DNA of 64,000 nt from assembly GCA_049791955.1 (NCBI GenBank), contig JBARAK010000372.1, positions 1,729 to 65,728 on the forward strand, read 5' to 3'. Made by a program: the position numbers and the translations under genes. The notes beneath the pieces are model-generated. The model was not told the DNA's origin, did not search any database, and was given only the letters and a program-made list of their open reading frames with translations. This document shows positions 17,795-28,000 of this stretch, piece by piece. Numbering within the stretch: the stretch's first letter is position 1; the number at the start of each line of letters is the position of its first letter. This stretch comes from Caulobacteraceae bacterium (GTDB lineage Bacteria; Pseudomonadota; Alphaproteobacteria; Caulobacterales; Caulobacteraceae).

Positions 17795-19864
17795 TCAGAC
17801 GATATGCAGGTCTACGGCCGGCTGCCAGGTGGTTGGCTGCACCCCCAGGTCATGGGCGGTGAACGAGAACTGGCTTCCGTTCGAAATCCATGCCGTGACA
17901 TCGCCGGTAGTGGTGTTGCGCAACAGGATGTCTGACACTCCATCGCCGGTCAGGTCGGCGACCTCCATGATCTGTGTCTGCGAGGGTAGCTGCCCGATAT
18001 CAACGAAGCTGGCCGACCCGGAGCCCTTGGTCGACGCCCAGAGGCCAATCTCGCCGCTGGTATTGAGCCACAGGACGTCGGCCTTGCCGTCGCCGTCAAA
18101 GTCGCCCACGCCTGCGATCTGCCAGGCGGTGGAGACGTTACCCAGGTCGACGAAGCTGGCCGAGCCTAATCCCAAGCTGGATTCCCACAGGCCGACCTCG
18201 CCGTTGTTGTTGCGCCAAAGGATGTCCGACTTGCCATCGCCATCGAAGTCGCCGACGCCTGCGACGTGCCAAGCGGTGGAGACATCGCCAAGGTCGACGA
18301 AGCTGCCTGAACCAGTGCCCTTGCTAGATTCCCACAGGCCGACCTCGCCGCTGTCATTGCGCCAGAGTACGTCGGCCTTGCCGTCGCCGTCGAAGTCGCC
18401 GATGCCTTGAACATGCCAACTCGTGGCGACATTGCCGAGGTCGACGAAACTTGCAGTGCCTGAGCCCTTGGAGGATTCCCAAAGGCCTACTTCTCCGTTG
18501 CTGTAACGCCAGAGAACGTCGGCCTTGCCGTCGCCGTCGAAGTCGCCGATCCCTTGAGCCTGCCAGCTTGCACCGACATTTCCCAAGTCGACGAAGCCGG
18601 CGGGCCCCGATCCCTTGGCGGAAGACCACAGACCGATCTCGCCGCTGGCGTTGGTCCAGAGGATGTCAGCCTTGCCGTCGCCATCGAAGTCGTTGGTGAG
18701 CGCGCCGTCGCCGGCGTTGATGGAGAGGTGCAGATCGCCGGTGGCCGCGCCAGAAATCGCATTGCCCGCGCTATCCATTACGGCGGCGCCCTGCGGAAGA
18801 TCGAGGCCGGTGACCTGCAGATCCGTGGTGCTGTGACCCAGTGTGGCCGTGTATGCAAAGGTCAAGGTCGCCGTACCTGAACCGCCCGTATAGATAGCGG
18901 TTTCCCCATCGCTGAGCGTCAGTTTCGGTATGCCGGAAACGGTGACGAGGTCGCTCAGGGTAATGGTGATGGTCGCGCCTCCACCGAGGGAAACGCTGGA
19001 GCCTCCGCCGGTCACGGAAGCGCTGATCCCACTGATGGTTGGCGGCTGTAGCGCCGCGACGAATGCGGCGGCGGCGTCGGGATATTGGCCTTGGCTCAGT
19101 TGGCCAGGATAGTCCGAATTGGAATCCCAGTAGCTTTGGTAGACCACGTTGTGGGAATTGAACCAGCTTATCGCCTGTTGGATGTAAGGCCCGGCGTTAT
19201 CGGATTCTACGCCCCACTCCGGGATAGCGATGGGCTTGCCTTGCTGAGCGGCGAACTGGGCGAGCCAGTTCAACCCGTAGGTCTGGTTCACCATGAAATT
19301 CCAGGCCGTGGTCGGGTCGCTGGAATCGTATTGGGTCTCCCAGTAGAAATCCATACCGATAATGTCGACGTAAGCGTTGCCTGGATAAGCCGCCGCCGGG
19401 TTCATGCCCTGATCGCCGATGTTGGGCGTCCAGGTGAACACGAAACGGCTCGATACCGATCGGAAGCTGTCCACGAACTGCTGGAAGGCGGCGATATAGT
19501 CGGTGGGATCGGTCAGGGCCGACCAGGGCTCCCACGTCGAGTTGAATTCCCAGCCAGTGCGGACATAGATCGGCCCGGTCGATTGGCCGGCGAGAAGCGC
19601 CTGGGCGGCCTGAACGTAGTAGCTGTCGTAGGCGCCTTGGCCGGCGCTGTGCAGGTCGCCGCCGGTTGCAAACAGCGGAATTGACCATAGGACCGTCTTG
19701 CCGCTGCTACCGAACAGGCCCTGTTCGTAACCGATGCTGCTGGTGAAATCGCTCCAGCTATCGGACCCGGAGAAGGCGTCGACCGCCCCGAGGCTCGCGC
19801 CGAGCCATTGCTCCGCTTGGGCCAGATCGGATGGACTATTGCCTTCGTAAACGCCCGTAATCAT
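17795..19864 (-). CDS. modular protein: GH26-like glycoside hydrolase + bacterial Ig-like domain + six FG-GAP/VCBS-type repeats
   Basis: aa 1-270 have GH26/clan GH-A features, with candidate acid/base Glu in GWEFNSTW and nucleophile Glu in IAIPEWG. aa 275-385 form an Ig-like module (KLTLSDGETAIYTGGSGTATLTFAYT). aa 392-685 hold six 49-aa repeats (DFDGDGKADxLWRNxxGEVGLW). No N-terminal signal peptide is visible. Confidence 0.8.
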   Translation of the reverse strand: MITGVYEGNSPSDLAQAEQWLGASLGAVDAFSGSDSWSDFTSSIGYEQGLFGSSGKTVLWSIPLFATGGDLHSAGQGAYDSYYVQAAQALLAGQSTGPIYVRTGWEFNSTWEPWSALTDPTDYIAAFQQFVDSFRSVSSRFVFTWTPNIGDQGMNPAAAYPGNAYVDIIGMDFYWETQYDSSDPTTAWNFMVNQTYGLNWLAQFAAQQGKPIAIPEWGVESDNAGPYIQQAISWFNSHNVVYQSYWDSNSDYPGQLSQGQYPDAAAAFVAALQPPTISGISASVTGGGSSVSLGGGATITITLSDLVTVSGIPKLTLSDGETAIYTGGSGTATLTFAYTATLGHSTTDLQVTGLDLPQGAAVMDSAGNAISGAATGDLHLSINAGDGALTNDFDGDGKADILWTNASGEIGLWSSAKGSGPAGFVDLGNVGASWQAQGIGDFDGDGKADVLWRYSNGEVGLWESSKGSGTASFVDLGNVATSWHVQGIGDFDGDGKADVLWRNDSGEVGLWESSKGTGSGSFVDLGDVSTAWHVAGVGDFDGDGKSDILWRNNNGEVGLWESSLGLGSASFVDLGNVSTAWQIAGVGDFDGDGKADVLWLNTSGEIGLWASTKGSGSASFVDIGQLPSQTQIMEVADLTGDGVSDILLRNTTTGDVTAWISNGSQFSFTAHDLGVQPTTWQPAVDLHIV
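17957..18691 (-). repeat. five tandem 147-bp (49-codon) coding repeats, with a sixth degenerate copy extending to about 17810
   Basis: Repeat starts fall at residues D392, D441, D490, D539 and D588 (then D637), an exact 49-aa period. The repeats also generate the antisense shadow ORF 17745..18410. Confidence 0.9.
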
Positions 19865-20289
19865 CGGAATACTCGCACTGTAATTCTTATGATATGGAGA
19901 TTTATGTTTCTTATATCGTAATTAATCTTGCAATAAATGATGTGGTTTATGAACTTTTAATTCGTGAAGCTGGCGCGGTCGTCATGGTGAAGATTCAGCC
20001 TATACCATTGAAAATAAAGATAGTAATTTTCTTCCAGGTGCCTGGTGTACGACTCTAGCGGCCAACCGACGCAGCGCGGGAAGGCTGAATTGGCGACGTT
20101 GTGTGAAGTATTTTCTCTGCCGCACGTCGCGATATGTAGCTCGAGGTTGTAAATTCCCGGATTGAGGCATGGGGCCATGCAATTCGTGAAATAAATCGGC
20201 CTGGGATCGCCCCTGGAAGGTAAGCGCCTCTGATGGTGGCGGGGATGCTGCAACCGCGCTATCCCCTGTTCTAATGTAAGGGAGCGCCC

Positions 20290-20976
20290 GTGGTCGCAGC
20301 CAGGATCCTGACCATCGAGGATGATGACACCACCGCCGCCGAGATCGTCCGTGATCTGGCCGGACGGGGGTTCGAGGTGGAGAGAACGGGAGACGGGGAG
20401 GAGGGGCTGCGGCTGGCCTCCACCGGTCGCTACGATGTCATCACTTTGGATCGCATGCTGCCGGGTCTCGACGGCCTGACTATCGCCTCCACCCTTAAGG
20501 AACGGGGCGTGGAGACGCCGATCCTGATGATCAGCGCTCTCAATGATGTGGATGAGCGGGTGAAGGGCCTGCGGGCGGGCGGCGACGACTACCTGACCAA
20601 GCCCTTCGTGCTGGACGAGATGGCGGCTCGGATCGAGGTGCTGCTGCGCCGGCGCAGGTCGGACGCTGACCGGCTCATTCTGCGTTACGGCGAGCTGGAG
20701 CTGGACCTGATCGCCCATGTCGCACGGCGAGGCGGACGGGACCTGAGACTGTTCCCCAAGGAGTTGAAGCTCCTGGAGATGTTCATGCGCAACTCGGGCC
20801 AGATCCTGACCCGGACCATGATCTTCGAGACGGTGTGGGGCTACAGTTTCGATCCCGGCACCAACCTGATTGACGTGCATGTGCGCGCGTTGCGCAAGAA
20901 GCTGGAAGGGCCGGGCCTGCCGCCTCTGCTGCACACGGTGCGCGGCGTAGGCTACCAGCTTGGCGGCGAGGTCTAG
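20290..20976 (+). CDS. OmpR/PhoB-family response regulator
   Basis: Receiver domain (ILTIEDDD, DVITLDRMLPGLDG, KPF) plus a winged-helix output domain (LTRTMIFETVWGY, VHTVRGVGYQL). GTG start. Confidence 0.9.
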   Translation: MVAARILTIEDDDTTAAEIVRDLAGRGFEVERTGDGEEGLRLASTGRYDVITLDRMLPGLDGLTIASTLKERGVETPILMISALNDVDERVKGLRAGGDDYLTKPFVLDEMAARIEVLLRRRRSDADRLILRYGELELDLIAHVARRGGRDLRLFPKELKLLEMFMRNSGQILTRTMIFETVWGYSFDPGTNLIDVHVRALRKKLEGPGLPPLLHTVRGVGYQLGGEV

Positions 20977-22314
20977 GTGACGCCCGGCCGTGACGTCTGG
21001 CGCACCACCACCTTTCGGCTGACCATCGCATTCGGGGCGGCGTTCGCCCTTGGCATCGTTCTGCTGCTGGGCCTAGTTTATATCCAGACCGCCGGCTACC
21101 TGACGCGCCGGGTGGACCACATCCTGGCCGCTGAGATCGGCGCGCTCAGCCGCAGCCGCCCCGAAGCGCTTCCCCAGCTTTTGCGGCAGGCCTCGGCGCG
21201 CGATCCCCTGAACGCCTATGGCCTGTTTTCCGCAGACGGACAGTGGGTGGCGGGTGATGTCCGGCTTACGCCCGTCGAGATCCCACCCGATGGGGTGGTG
21301 CGCGACGTCAGCCGGCGCAGGGGGTCAGGTCCGCGGCGGGCGATCGCTGAACGCCTGCCCTGGGGCGAGATCCTGATCGTCCATCGCGACGCCAGCCAGT
21401 TGGTGGAACTTCGTCGCATCATACTGCAGGCGCTGATCTGGAGCGGGGCGACGATCGCCATCCTCGGAGTGGGGTTGGCGATGCTGCTCAGCGCCCGACC
21501 CCTCAGGCGCATCCAGGCGATGCGGGAAGCCAGCGCCGCCATCGGCGCCGGCGACATGACCGTACGCATGCCCACCGACGCCAGCCGGGACGAACTCGAC
21601 GAACTGGCCCGCATCGTCAATGTCATGATGGATGAGGTCGAGCGGCTGATGACCCAGGCCCGCACGGTTGGCGAGGGGGTGGCGCACGAGCTGCGCACGC
21701 CGCTGACCCGCCTGCGCGCCACCCTGGACCACGCCCGCCAGGCCCTCGATCCGGGCGATTCCCGCGGCGAGCTGCTGGACGCCTGTGTGGCGGAAACCGA
21801 CGGCGTGCTGATCCGTTTTCGCGCCTTGCTGAGGATTGCGGCGGTGGAGGCGAGAAGCCGCCGTAGCGGAATCGATCGGGTGTCCCTTCGCGCTATCGTT
21901 GAGCAGGCCGCCGAACTGTATGCGCCGTTAGCGGTCGATCGGGATGTGGAGCTGGAGGTGGTTACGGACGCCGACATCGAGATCCGGGCCGATGGCGAAC
22001 TGATGTTCGAGGCCTTGTCCAACCTGCTCGACAATGCGCTGAAATTCACGGCTCCGGGCGGGACCGTGCGGTTGAGCCTGACGCGGGAGGCCGAAGGGCC
22101 GGTGTTGGAGGTTCGCGACAACGGCGTCGGCATTCCGGTCGACGAACGTCCGCTGGTGACCAAGCGCTTCTATCGCAGCCGCGCGACAGCTGCGGCGCCA
22201 GGTCATGGTCTCGGTCTCAGCCTGGTGGCCGCTGTGGCTGATCTTCACGGGTTCCGGTTGTCGATCGATGACGCACGGCCGGGCACGGTGGTGCGGTTGG
22301 CGTGCAGGCAGTGA
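20977..22314 (+). CDS. sensor histidine kinase (2 TM, HAMP, HisKA, HATPase_c)
   Basis: H-box VAHELRTPLT, N-box LLDNALKFT and G-boxes DNGVGIP / GHGLGLSLV. It starts immediately after the response-regulator stop. Confidence 0.9.
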   Translation: MTPGRDVWRTTTFRLTIAFGAAFALGIVLLLGLVYIQTAGYLTRRVDHILAAEIGALSRSRPEALPQLLRQASARDPLNAYGLFSADGQWVAGDVRLTPVEIPPDGVVRDVSRRRGSGPRRAIAERLPWGEILIVHRDASQLVELRRIILQALIWSGATIAILGVGLAMLLSARPLRRIQAMREASAAIGAGDMTVRMPTDASRDELDELARIVNVMMDEVERLMTQARTVGEGVAHELRTPLTRLRATLDHARQALDPGDSRGELLDACVAETDGVLIRFRALLRIAAVEARSRRSGIDRVSLRAIVEQAAELYAPLAVDRDVELEVVTDADIEIRADGELMFEALSNLLDNALKFTAPGGTVRLSLTREAEGPVLEVRDNGVGIPVDERPLVTKRFYRSRATAAAPGHGLGLSLVAAVADLHGFRLSIDDARPGTVVRLACRQ

Positions 22315-22321
22315 CTTGAGC

Positions 22322-22348
22322 CTCCTTCCCGCGTTCGCTGGGGAGGAG
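22322..22348. terminator. hairpin between convergent kinase and OMF genes (possible bidirectional terminator, no U-tract)
   Basis: CTCCTTCCC-N9-GGGGAGGAG forms a 9-bp stem with one G-U pair. It sits in the 50-nt gap between stop codons at 22314 and 22365. Confidence 0.35.
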
Positions 22349-22364
22349 CAAGATGTCGTTCCTC

Positions 22365-23864
22365 CTACGGACTTTGGGGGTGCGTGGACGCGACCTTGTT
22401 GATCTTGGGCAGATCGGCTTCGGTCCATCCCCCGCCGAGCGCGCGGACCAGGTTGACGCTCGCCTGCTGGCGGCGGGTCTCCAGCGCCAAGGCGGTCTGT
22501 TCGGCCTGCAGTTCGGCGGTCTGGGCGGTGACCACATCGAGGTAGTTGGTGGCGCCCTCGCGGTAGCGGGTCAGGGACAGATCGGTGGTGGCCTGAGCGG
22601 ACTTCACCGCGGCGCCTTCGTCCTGGGCTTCCGTCGCGAACCGGTTGGATAGAGCCAACTGGTCTTCCACCTGCTGGAAGGCGGCGAGCACAGTCGAGCG
22701 GTAGTTGGCGCTGGCGAGCACGAAGGCGGCCTTGGACGCCGCCACCACCGCCCGCCGTCGCCCGCCGTCGAACAGGGTCATGGCGAGTTGGGGCCCGATG
22801 GTCCACACCGTGTTGGGCGCGACCAGGAAGGTATTGCCGCCGGTGTTCTGCCACCCGCCCTGGGCGTCCAGGGTGATGGTTGGATAGTAGGCCGCGCGCG
22901 CTACGCCGATCTGTCGATTGGCGGCGAAGGCGCGGCGCTCGGCGGCGGCGATATCGGGGCGCCGCTGCAGCAGGGTCGAAGGCACCCCCGCCGGCTCGAT
23001 CGGGATCGGCAGCTTCCCGGCCTCGGGCGCGAGGGAGAAGTTCGAGGCGGGCTCGCCCACCAGGCTGGCGATGGCGTGCTCATACAGGGCGCGCTGGGCG
23101 GCGATGTCGGACACCTGGGCCTTGGCGCTCGACAGCTGGGTCGAGGCGCGATCGACGTCCAGGCCCGAGGCCACGCCGCCGCTGTGGCGGGTCTGGGTCA
23201 GGTCGAGCGCGCGGGTGTAGGCGGCGACGGTGTCCTGCAGCAGCTTGGCCTGGGCGTCCAAACCACGAAGCTGCAGATAGTCGTCGGCCAGTTCGACCTG
23301 GAGGCTAAGCCGTGCGGTCGCCAGATCCGCGCTGGTGGCCTGGGCCTGGGCCTCGCCGGCGGCCACCAAATTTCGCACCCGGCCCCAGAAGTCGAACTCA
23401 TAGTTGATCTGCGCGCCGAGCTGGTTGTTGGCGTATTCATCTGGCTGGTTGGCGCTGCGCAGCGGACGCTCGGCGGACTGGCGGTTGTAGGTGTTGCTCT
23501 CCAGGCCGGTGATGCTTGGGATCAGATCGGAACGCGCTTCTGCCGCGAAGGCGCGCGACTGATCGTAGGCGGCCAGCGCGGCGGCCAGGTTCGGGTTGGC
23601 CGTGATCACCCGGCCTTCCAGGTCATCGAGCGTCGGGTCGCTGAAGCGCCTCCACCAGGCCCCGCGGGGCAGGGCGTCTCCGGGCGCGGCCTCTGTCCAG
23701 GGGCCGCCTTCCTTGTAGCTGGTCGGCATGGCGACGGTCGGCGGCGTGTAGGCCGGCGCGAAGTTGCAGCCCGCCAGGCTGGTCGCGCACAGCGCGGTGG
23801 CCAGCAGGGCGGTCAAGCCATGCGTGGCGCGTGGGGGTCGGCGGAGGCCGTCAGCCGGCGGCAT
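22365..23864 (-). CDS. efflux transporter outer membrane factor lipoprotein (NodT family)
   Basis: Lipobox SLAGC after the start MPPADGLRR. Two OEP repeats and a TolC-like sequence. It overlaps the MFP gene end by 14 nt. Confidence 0.9.
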   Translation of the reverse strand: MPPADGLRRPPRATHGLTALLATALCATSLAGCNFAPAYTPPTVAMPTSYKEGGPWTEAAPGDALPRGAWWRRFSDPTLDDLEGRVITANPNLAAALAAYDQSRAFAAEARSDLIPSITGLESNTYNRQSAERPLRSANQPDEYANNQLGAQINYEFDFWGRVRNLVAAGEAQAQATSADLATARLSLQVELADDYLQLRGLDAQAKLLQDTVAAYTRALDLTQTRHSGGVASGLDVDRASTQLSSAKAQVSDIAAQRALYEHAIASLVGEPASNFSLAPEAGKLPIPIEPAGVPSTLLQRRPDIAAAERRAFAANRQIGVARAAYYPTITLDAQGGWQNTGGNTFLVAPNTVWTIGPQLAMTLFDGGRRRAVVAASKAAFVLASANYRSTVLAAFQQVEDQLALSNRFATEAQDEGAAVKSAQATTDLSLTRYREGATNYLDVVTAQTAELQAEQTALALETRRQQASVNLVRALGGGWTEADLPKINKVASTHPQSP

Positions 23865-25098
23865 GGGCGCTTTCCGACGAGGGCTTGGTCTGAGAGGACA
23901 CCACACGAACCAGTTGACCGTCGGAGATGGAATCCGGTGGATTGTCGATCACCCGGTCGGTGAGCTTGAGGCCCCCCGCGATTTCCATCACCGCGCCGAG
24001 GTTACGGCCGGCGGTCACCTTCTGCAGGTGGACATGGTCGTCGGGGCCGACCACCGCGGCCTCCAGTCCGCTCTTGCGGAACAGCAGGGCGCTCGAGGGC
24101 AGGCGCAGCATGCCTGTGCCGGCGGTGGTGTCGGGCAGATCGAAGCTGACCTGGGCGTAATCGCCGGACTTGAGCACGTCGTCCGGATTTTCCACTGCCA
24201 GCTCCACCAGCAGGGTGCCGGAATTGTCGTTCACCGCGTTGGCGGTAGAGGCGAAGATGGCCGGGAAACTGCGGCCCGGATACTCCGGCACGGTCAGGGT
24301 GACCTTCACGCCGGGCTTCAGCCTGGCGGAATAGCTCTGTGGGACGCGGACGTAGAGGCGCAGCTTGTCGACCTTGGCCACGTCGAACAGTTCTGAGGTC
24401 GGCGAGGCGCCGGCGCCGGCGTTGATCAGGGCGCCGACGTCCGTCCGCCGGGCTGTCACCACCCCATCGAAGGGGGCGACGATGCGCGCGAAGCCCTTCA
24501 TCGCCAGCAGGCGGTCCAGGTTGGCCTGGGCGGCGTTGACCAGGGCGCTCTTGACCTCGTAGTCGCCCGCTTTTTCGTCGTTCTCCTGGGCGGATACGGC
24601 GTCCTTGGCCAGCAACGAGCTCCAGCGCTTGGCGGTGGTGGCGGCGAGCTGCATGTTGGCCTTGGCGCTCTGCACGTCGGCGCGGGCCTGGACCAGTTGC
24701 TGGTCAAGCTCGGGCGTATCGATGGTGGCGAGCAGCTGACCCGTCTTAACCTTTGCGCCGATGTCCTGATACCACATGTGCACATAGCCCGGCACGCGTG
24801 AGAAGATCTGGGCGTTGTAGAAAGCCTGCAGGTTTCCCGGCAGCACCAGCGCCTGGGCGCCCGTTTCCTGGCTCGGTGTGATCACGCTGACAACGGGGAT
24901 CGCCTGGGCCGAAGTCCAGCCTTTAACTTTCTGGATGTCGTGGCCGCGATCCAGGACGCCGGTCACCACCACAAAGGCGGCCAGGCACACCCCCACCACG
25001 CCGGCGATCTTCAGCCCGCGCCGGGAGGCAGGACGCTGTTGGCCATAGGGAACCGCCGTGTGCGGCGACCCGGAAGAGGCTGTGACGTCAGTGGGCAT
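23851..25098 (-). CDS. efflux RND transporter periplasmic adaptor (MFP/HlyD family)
   Basis: N-terminal TM anchor, coiled-coil region and barrel-sandwich hybrid motifs ([28 protein letters not shown]). Confidence 0.9.
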   Translation of the reverse strand: MPTDVTASSGSPHTAVPYGQQRPASRRGLKIAGVVGVCLAAFVVVTGVLDRGHDIQKVKGWTSAQAIPVVSVITPSQETGAQALVLPGNLQAFYNAQIFSRVPGYVHMWYQDIGAKVKTGQLLATIDTPELDQQLVQARADVQSAKANMQLAATTAKRWSSLLAKDAVSAQENDEKAGDYEVKSALVNAAQANLDRLLAMKGFARIVAPFDGVVTARRTDVGALINAGAGASPTSELFDVAKVDKLRLYVRVPQSYSARLKPGVKVTLTVPEYPGRSFPAIFASTANAVNDNSGTLLVELAVENPDDVLKSGDYAQVSFDLPDTTAGTGMLRLPSSALLFRKSGLEAAVVGPDDHVHLQKVTAGRNLGAVMEIAGGLKLTDRVIDNPPDSISDGQLVRVVSSQTKPSSESAHAAG

Positions 25099-28000
25099 AG
25101 GCTTGCTCTCCCGGAACGGACGGGTCCGCGCTGGTGGCGGCGTGTTTCTTACCGTGCACGAGGCTGAACACCACGGGCACGAACATCAGGGTGGCGAAGG
25201 TGGCGCAGATCAGGCCGCCGATGACCGCGCGGCCGAGGGGGGCGTTCTGCTCACCGCCTTCACCCAGGGCCAGCGCCATCGGAGCCATGCCGATGATCAT
25301 GGCGAGGGCGGTCATCAGCACTGGCCGGAAGCGGGTGAAGCCCGCCTCCAGGGCGGCCTGGATCGGATCGCCACAGATCTCGAGCTGCTCGCGACAGAAG
25401 CTGACGACCAGGATCGAGTTGGCGGTAGCCACGCCCATGCACATGATGGCGCCGGTGAGCGCCGGCACCGACAGGGTGGTGTGGGTGATGAACAGCATCC
25501 AGATGATTCCGGCCAGGGCGGCGGGCAGGGCGGTGATGATGACGAACGGGTCCAGCCAGGATTGGAAGTTCACCACCACGATCAGGTAGATTAGCACCAC
25601 TGCGCCCAAGAGACCGAAGATCAGTCCGGCGAAGGCGGTGTTCATGGTCACGGCCTGACCGCGCAGGGTGATGGTCGTCCCCTTGGGCAGGTCCTTGGCG
25701 GTTCCCTTGATGATCTTCTGGATATCGCCCGCGACGGCGCCGAGGTCCCGGCCTTGCATCGTGGCGTACACATCAAAGGCCGGTTGGATCGCGTAGTGCG
25801 TGACCACCGCCGGCACGGTTTCCCGCCGGACCTTGGCCAGTCCGCCCAGGATCTGGGGGCTGTCGGCGGCGTTCGTTCCGCCGTTGGTGACAGGCACGTT
25901 CTCGAGGTCGGACAGCGAGTCGACCTGATATTGGGGAGTCTGCGCCACGATTGGGTAGGACACGCCGTTCCGGGGGTTCAGCCAGAAGGCGGGAGCGGTC
26001 TGGCCGCTGCCAGCAAGGGTGGTGGACAGACTGTTGGTGACGTCCCGCTCGGTGATGCCCACCCGGTTGGCCAGCGTGCGGTCCACGTCCACTGTCAGCG
26101 CCGGATAGGTGACGCCCTGTTGCAGTCGTGCGTCGGTGATTCCAGTCACATGCCTCAGACGCTCCAGCACCTCGTTGGCGTACATGCGGCTGGCGTCGGG
26201 ATCGGGGCCCGCGACCTGCAGGTCGATCGGAGCCGGGGCGCCGAAGTTCAGGATCTGGCTGATGATATCGGCCGGCAGGAAGGAGAAGTCCGTACCCGGG
26301 AATAGCTGAGGCAAGCGCTCGCGCAGCGTCTTGACGTATTGGTCTGTGGGGCGGTGACCTTCCTTCAGGCTGACGTAGATGTCGCCGTCCTGAGGACCGA
26401 TGCTGCCCGTATTGGTGTAGGCTAGGTTGGTGCTGCTGGTCGGCAGACCGATGTTGTCGACGACCGAGCCGAGCTGATCCGGCGGGATCACCTGGCGGAT
26501 CGCCTGTTCGACGCGGTCGAACTCGGCGGCGGTTTCCTCGATGCGGGTGCCCAGCGGCGCGCGCACGTGCATGACGATCTGGCCAGCGTCCACGCTTGGG
26601 AAGAAGTTGCGACCGAGGAAGGGAACCAGTCCAAAGGACACCACCACCACGACCATGAAGCCGGCGATGAACTTGCGCTGGTTTTCGAGCGCGAGCACCA
26701 GCATGTCGCGATAGCCAAGGCGAATCTTCTCGAACGTACGTTCGAACCCATGCTGGAACTGCACCAGGGGATTACGCGAGCGGGGGCGTCCAGACTTGGC
26801 GTCGTGGTGCTCCATCACATCGCGTTCGTGATGCGAGTGAGCCTTGAGGAGGTAATTGGCCAGGGTGGGGACCAGGGTTCGTGACAGCACGAACGATGCG
26901 ATCATCGCGAAGATAACCGCTTCCGCCATCGGCACGAACAGGAAGCCCGCGACCCCCGGTAGGAAGAACATCGGGACGAACACGATGCAGATGCACAGCA
27001 GTGAAACGAACGCGGGGGTGACGATCTGCTGAGCACCGTCAAGGATCGCGGTCTGCACTGGTTTGCCCTGTTCCAGGTGCCAGTTGATGTTCTCGATGGT
27101 TACGGTCGCGTCGTCGACCAGGATGCCCACGGCCAGCGACAGCCCGCCCAGTGTCATGATGTTCAGGGTCTGGCCGAGCGCCGACAAGGCGGTGATCGAG
27201 CACAGCACGGCCAGCGGAATCGACACCGCGATGATCAGCGAAGAGCGCCAGGAGCCCAGGAACAGCAGGATCATCAGGCTGGTCAGGGCCGCGGCGATCA
27301 CCCCTTCGCGGATGACTCCGGAAACCGCCGCCTTCACGAAAATCGACTGGTCGTTCAGCGGCAGGATTTTGAACGATGAGGGCAGGGTTTGCTGCAGTCG
27401 CGGCAACACGTCCTTGACGCCCTGGACGATAGACAGCGTCGAGGCGGAGCCGGCCTTGAGGATGGTCGCCAGCACCGCGCGGTGGCCATCCACGCGCACC
27501 ACGTTCTGCTGTGGCGGGGCGCCGTCGCGCACGTGGGCCACGTCGCGCACATAGATGGTTGCGCCATTGACGGTCTTGATCGGCAGGTTGTTCAGTTCGT
27601 CGAAGGCTTCAGGACTGTCGTTGAGTTCCACGTCGTATTCGAACTGACCGATCTTGGCGGTGCCGGCGGGGATGATCAGATTCTGGTTCGAGATGGCGGT
27701 CTCGACATCCTGGGCCGACAGGCCCTTGGCCTGCAACGCGGTGGGATCCAGGTCGATCTGGATCTGGCGCACCAGCCCGCCATAGGGCGACGGCGTCGCG
27801 GCGCCGGGAACGGTAGCCAGGGCGGGGCGGATGAAGTTCTGGGCGGTATCGTAGATCTTCTGCTCGCCGAGCGTGGGACTGGAATAGGCTAGTTGAAGGA
27901 TCGGGACGGTGGAGGCGCTGTAATTCAGGACCTGGGGCGGGGTGATGCCGGGAGGCATCTGCTTCAGAACGGTCTGCGAGATCGAGGTCACCTGGGCCGT

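Noticed and set aside
17745-18410. 221-aa plus-strand ORF rich in PSPSKSPTPA repeats
   Set aside because: It is the antisense shadow of the FG-GAP repeat region. Its periodicity simply mirrors the 147-bp repeats of the minus-strand gene.
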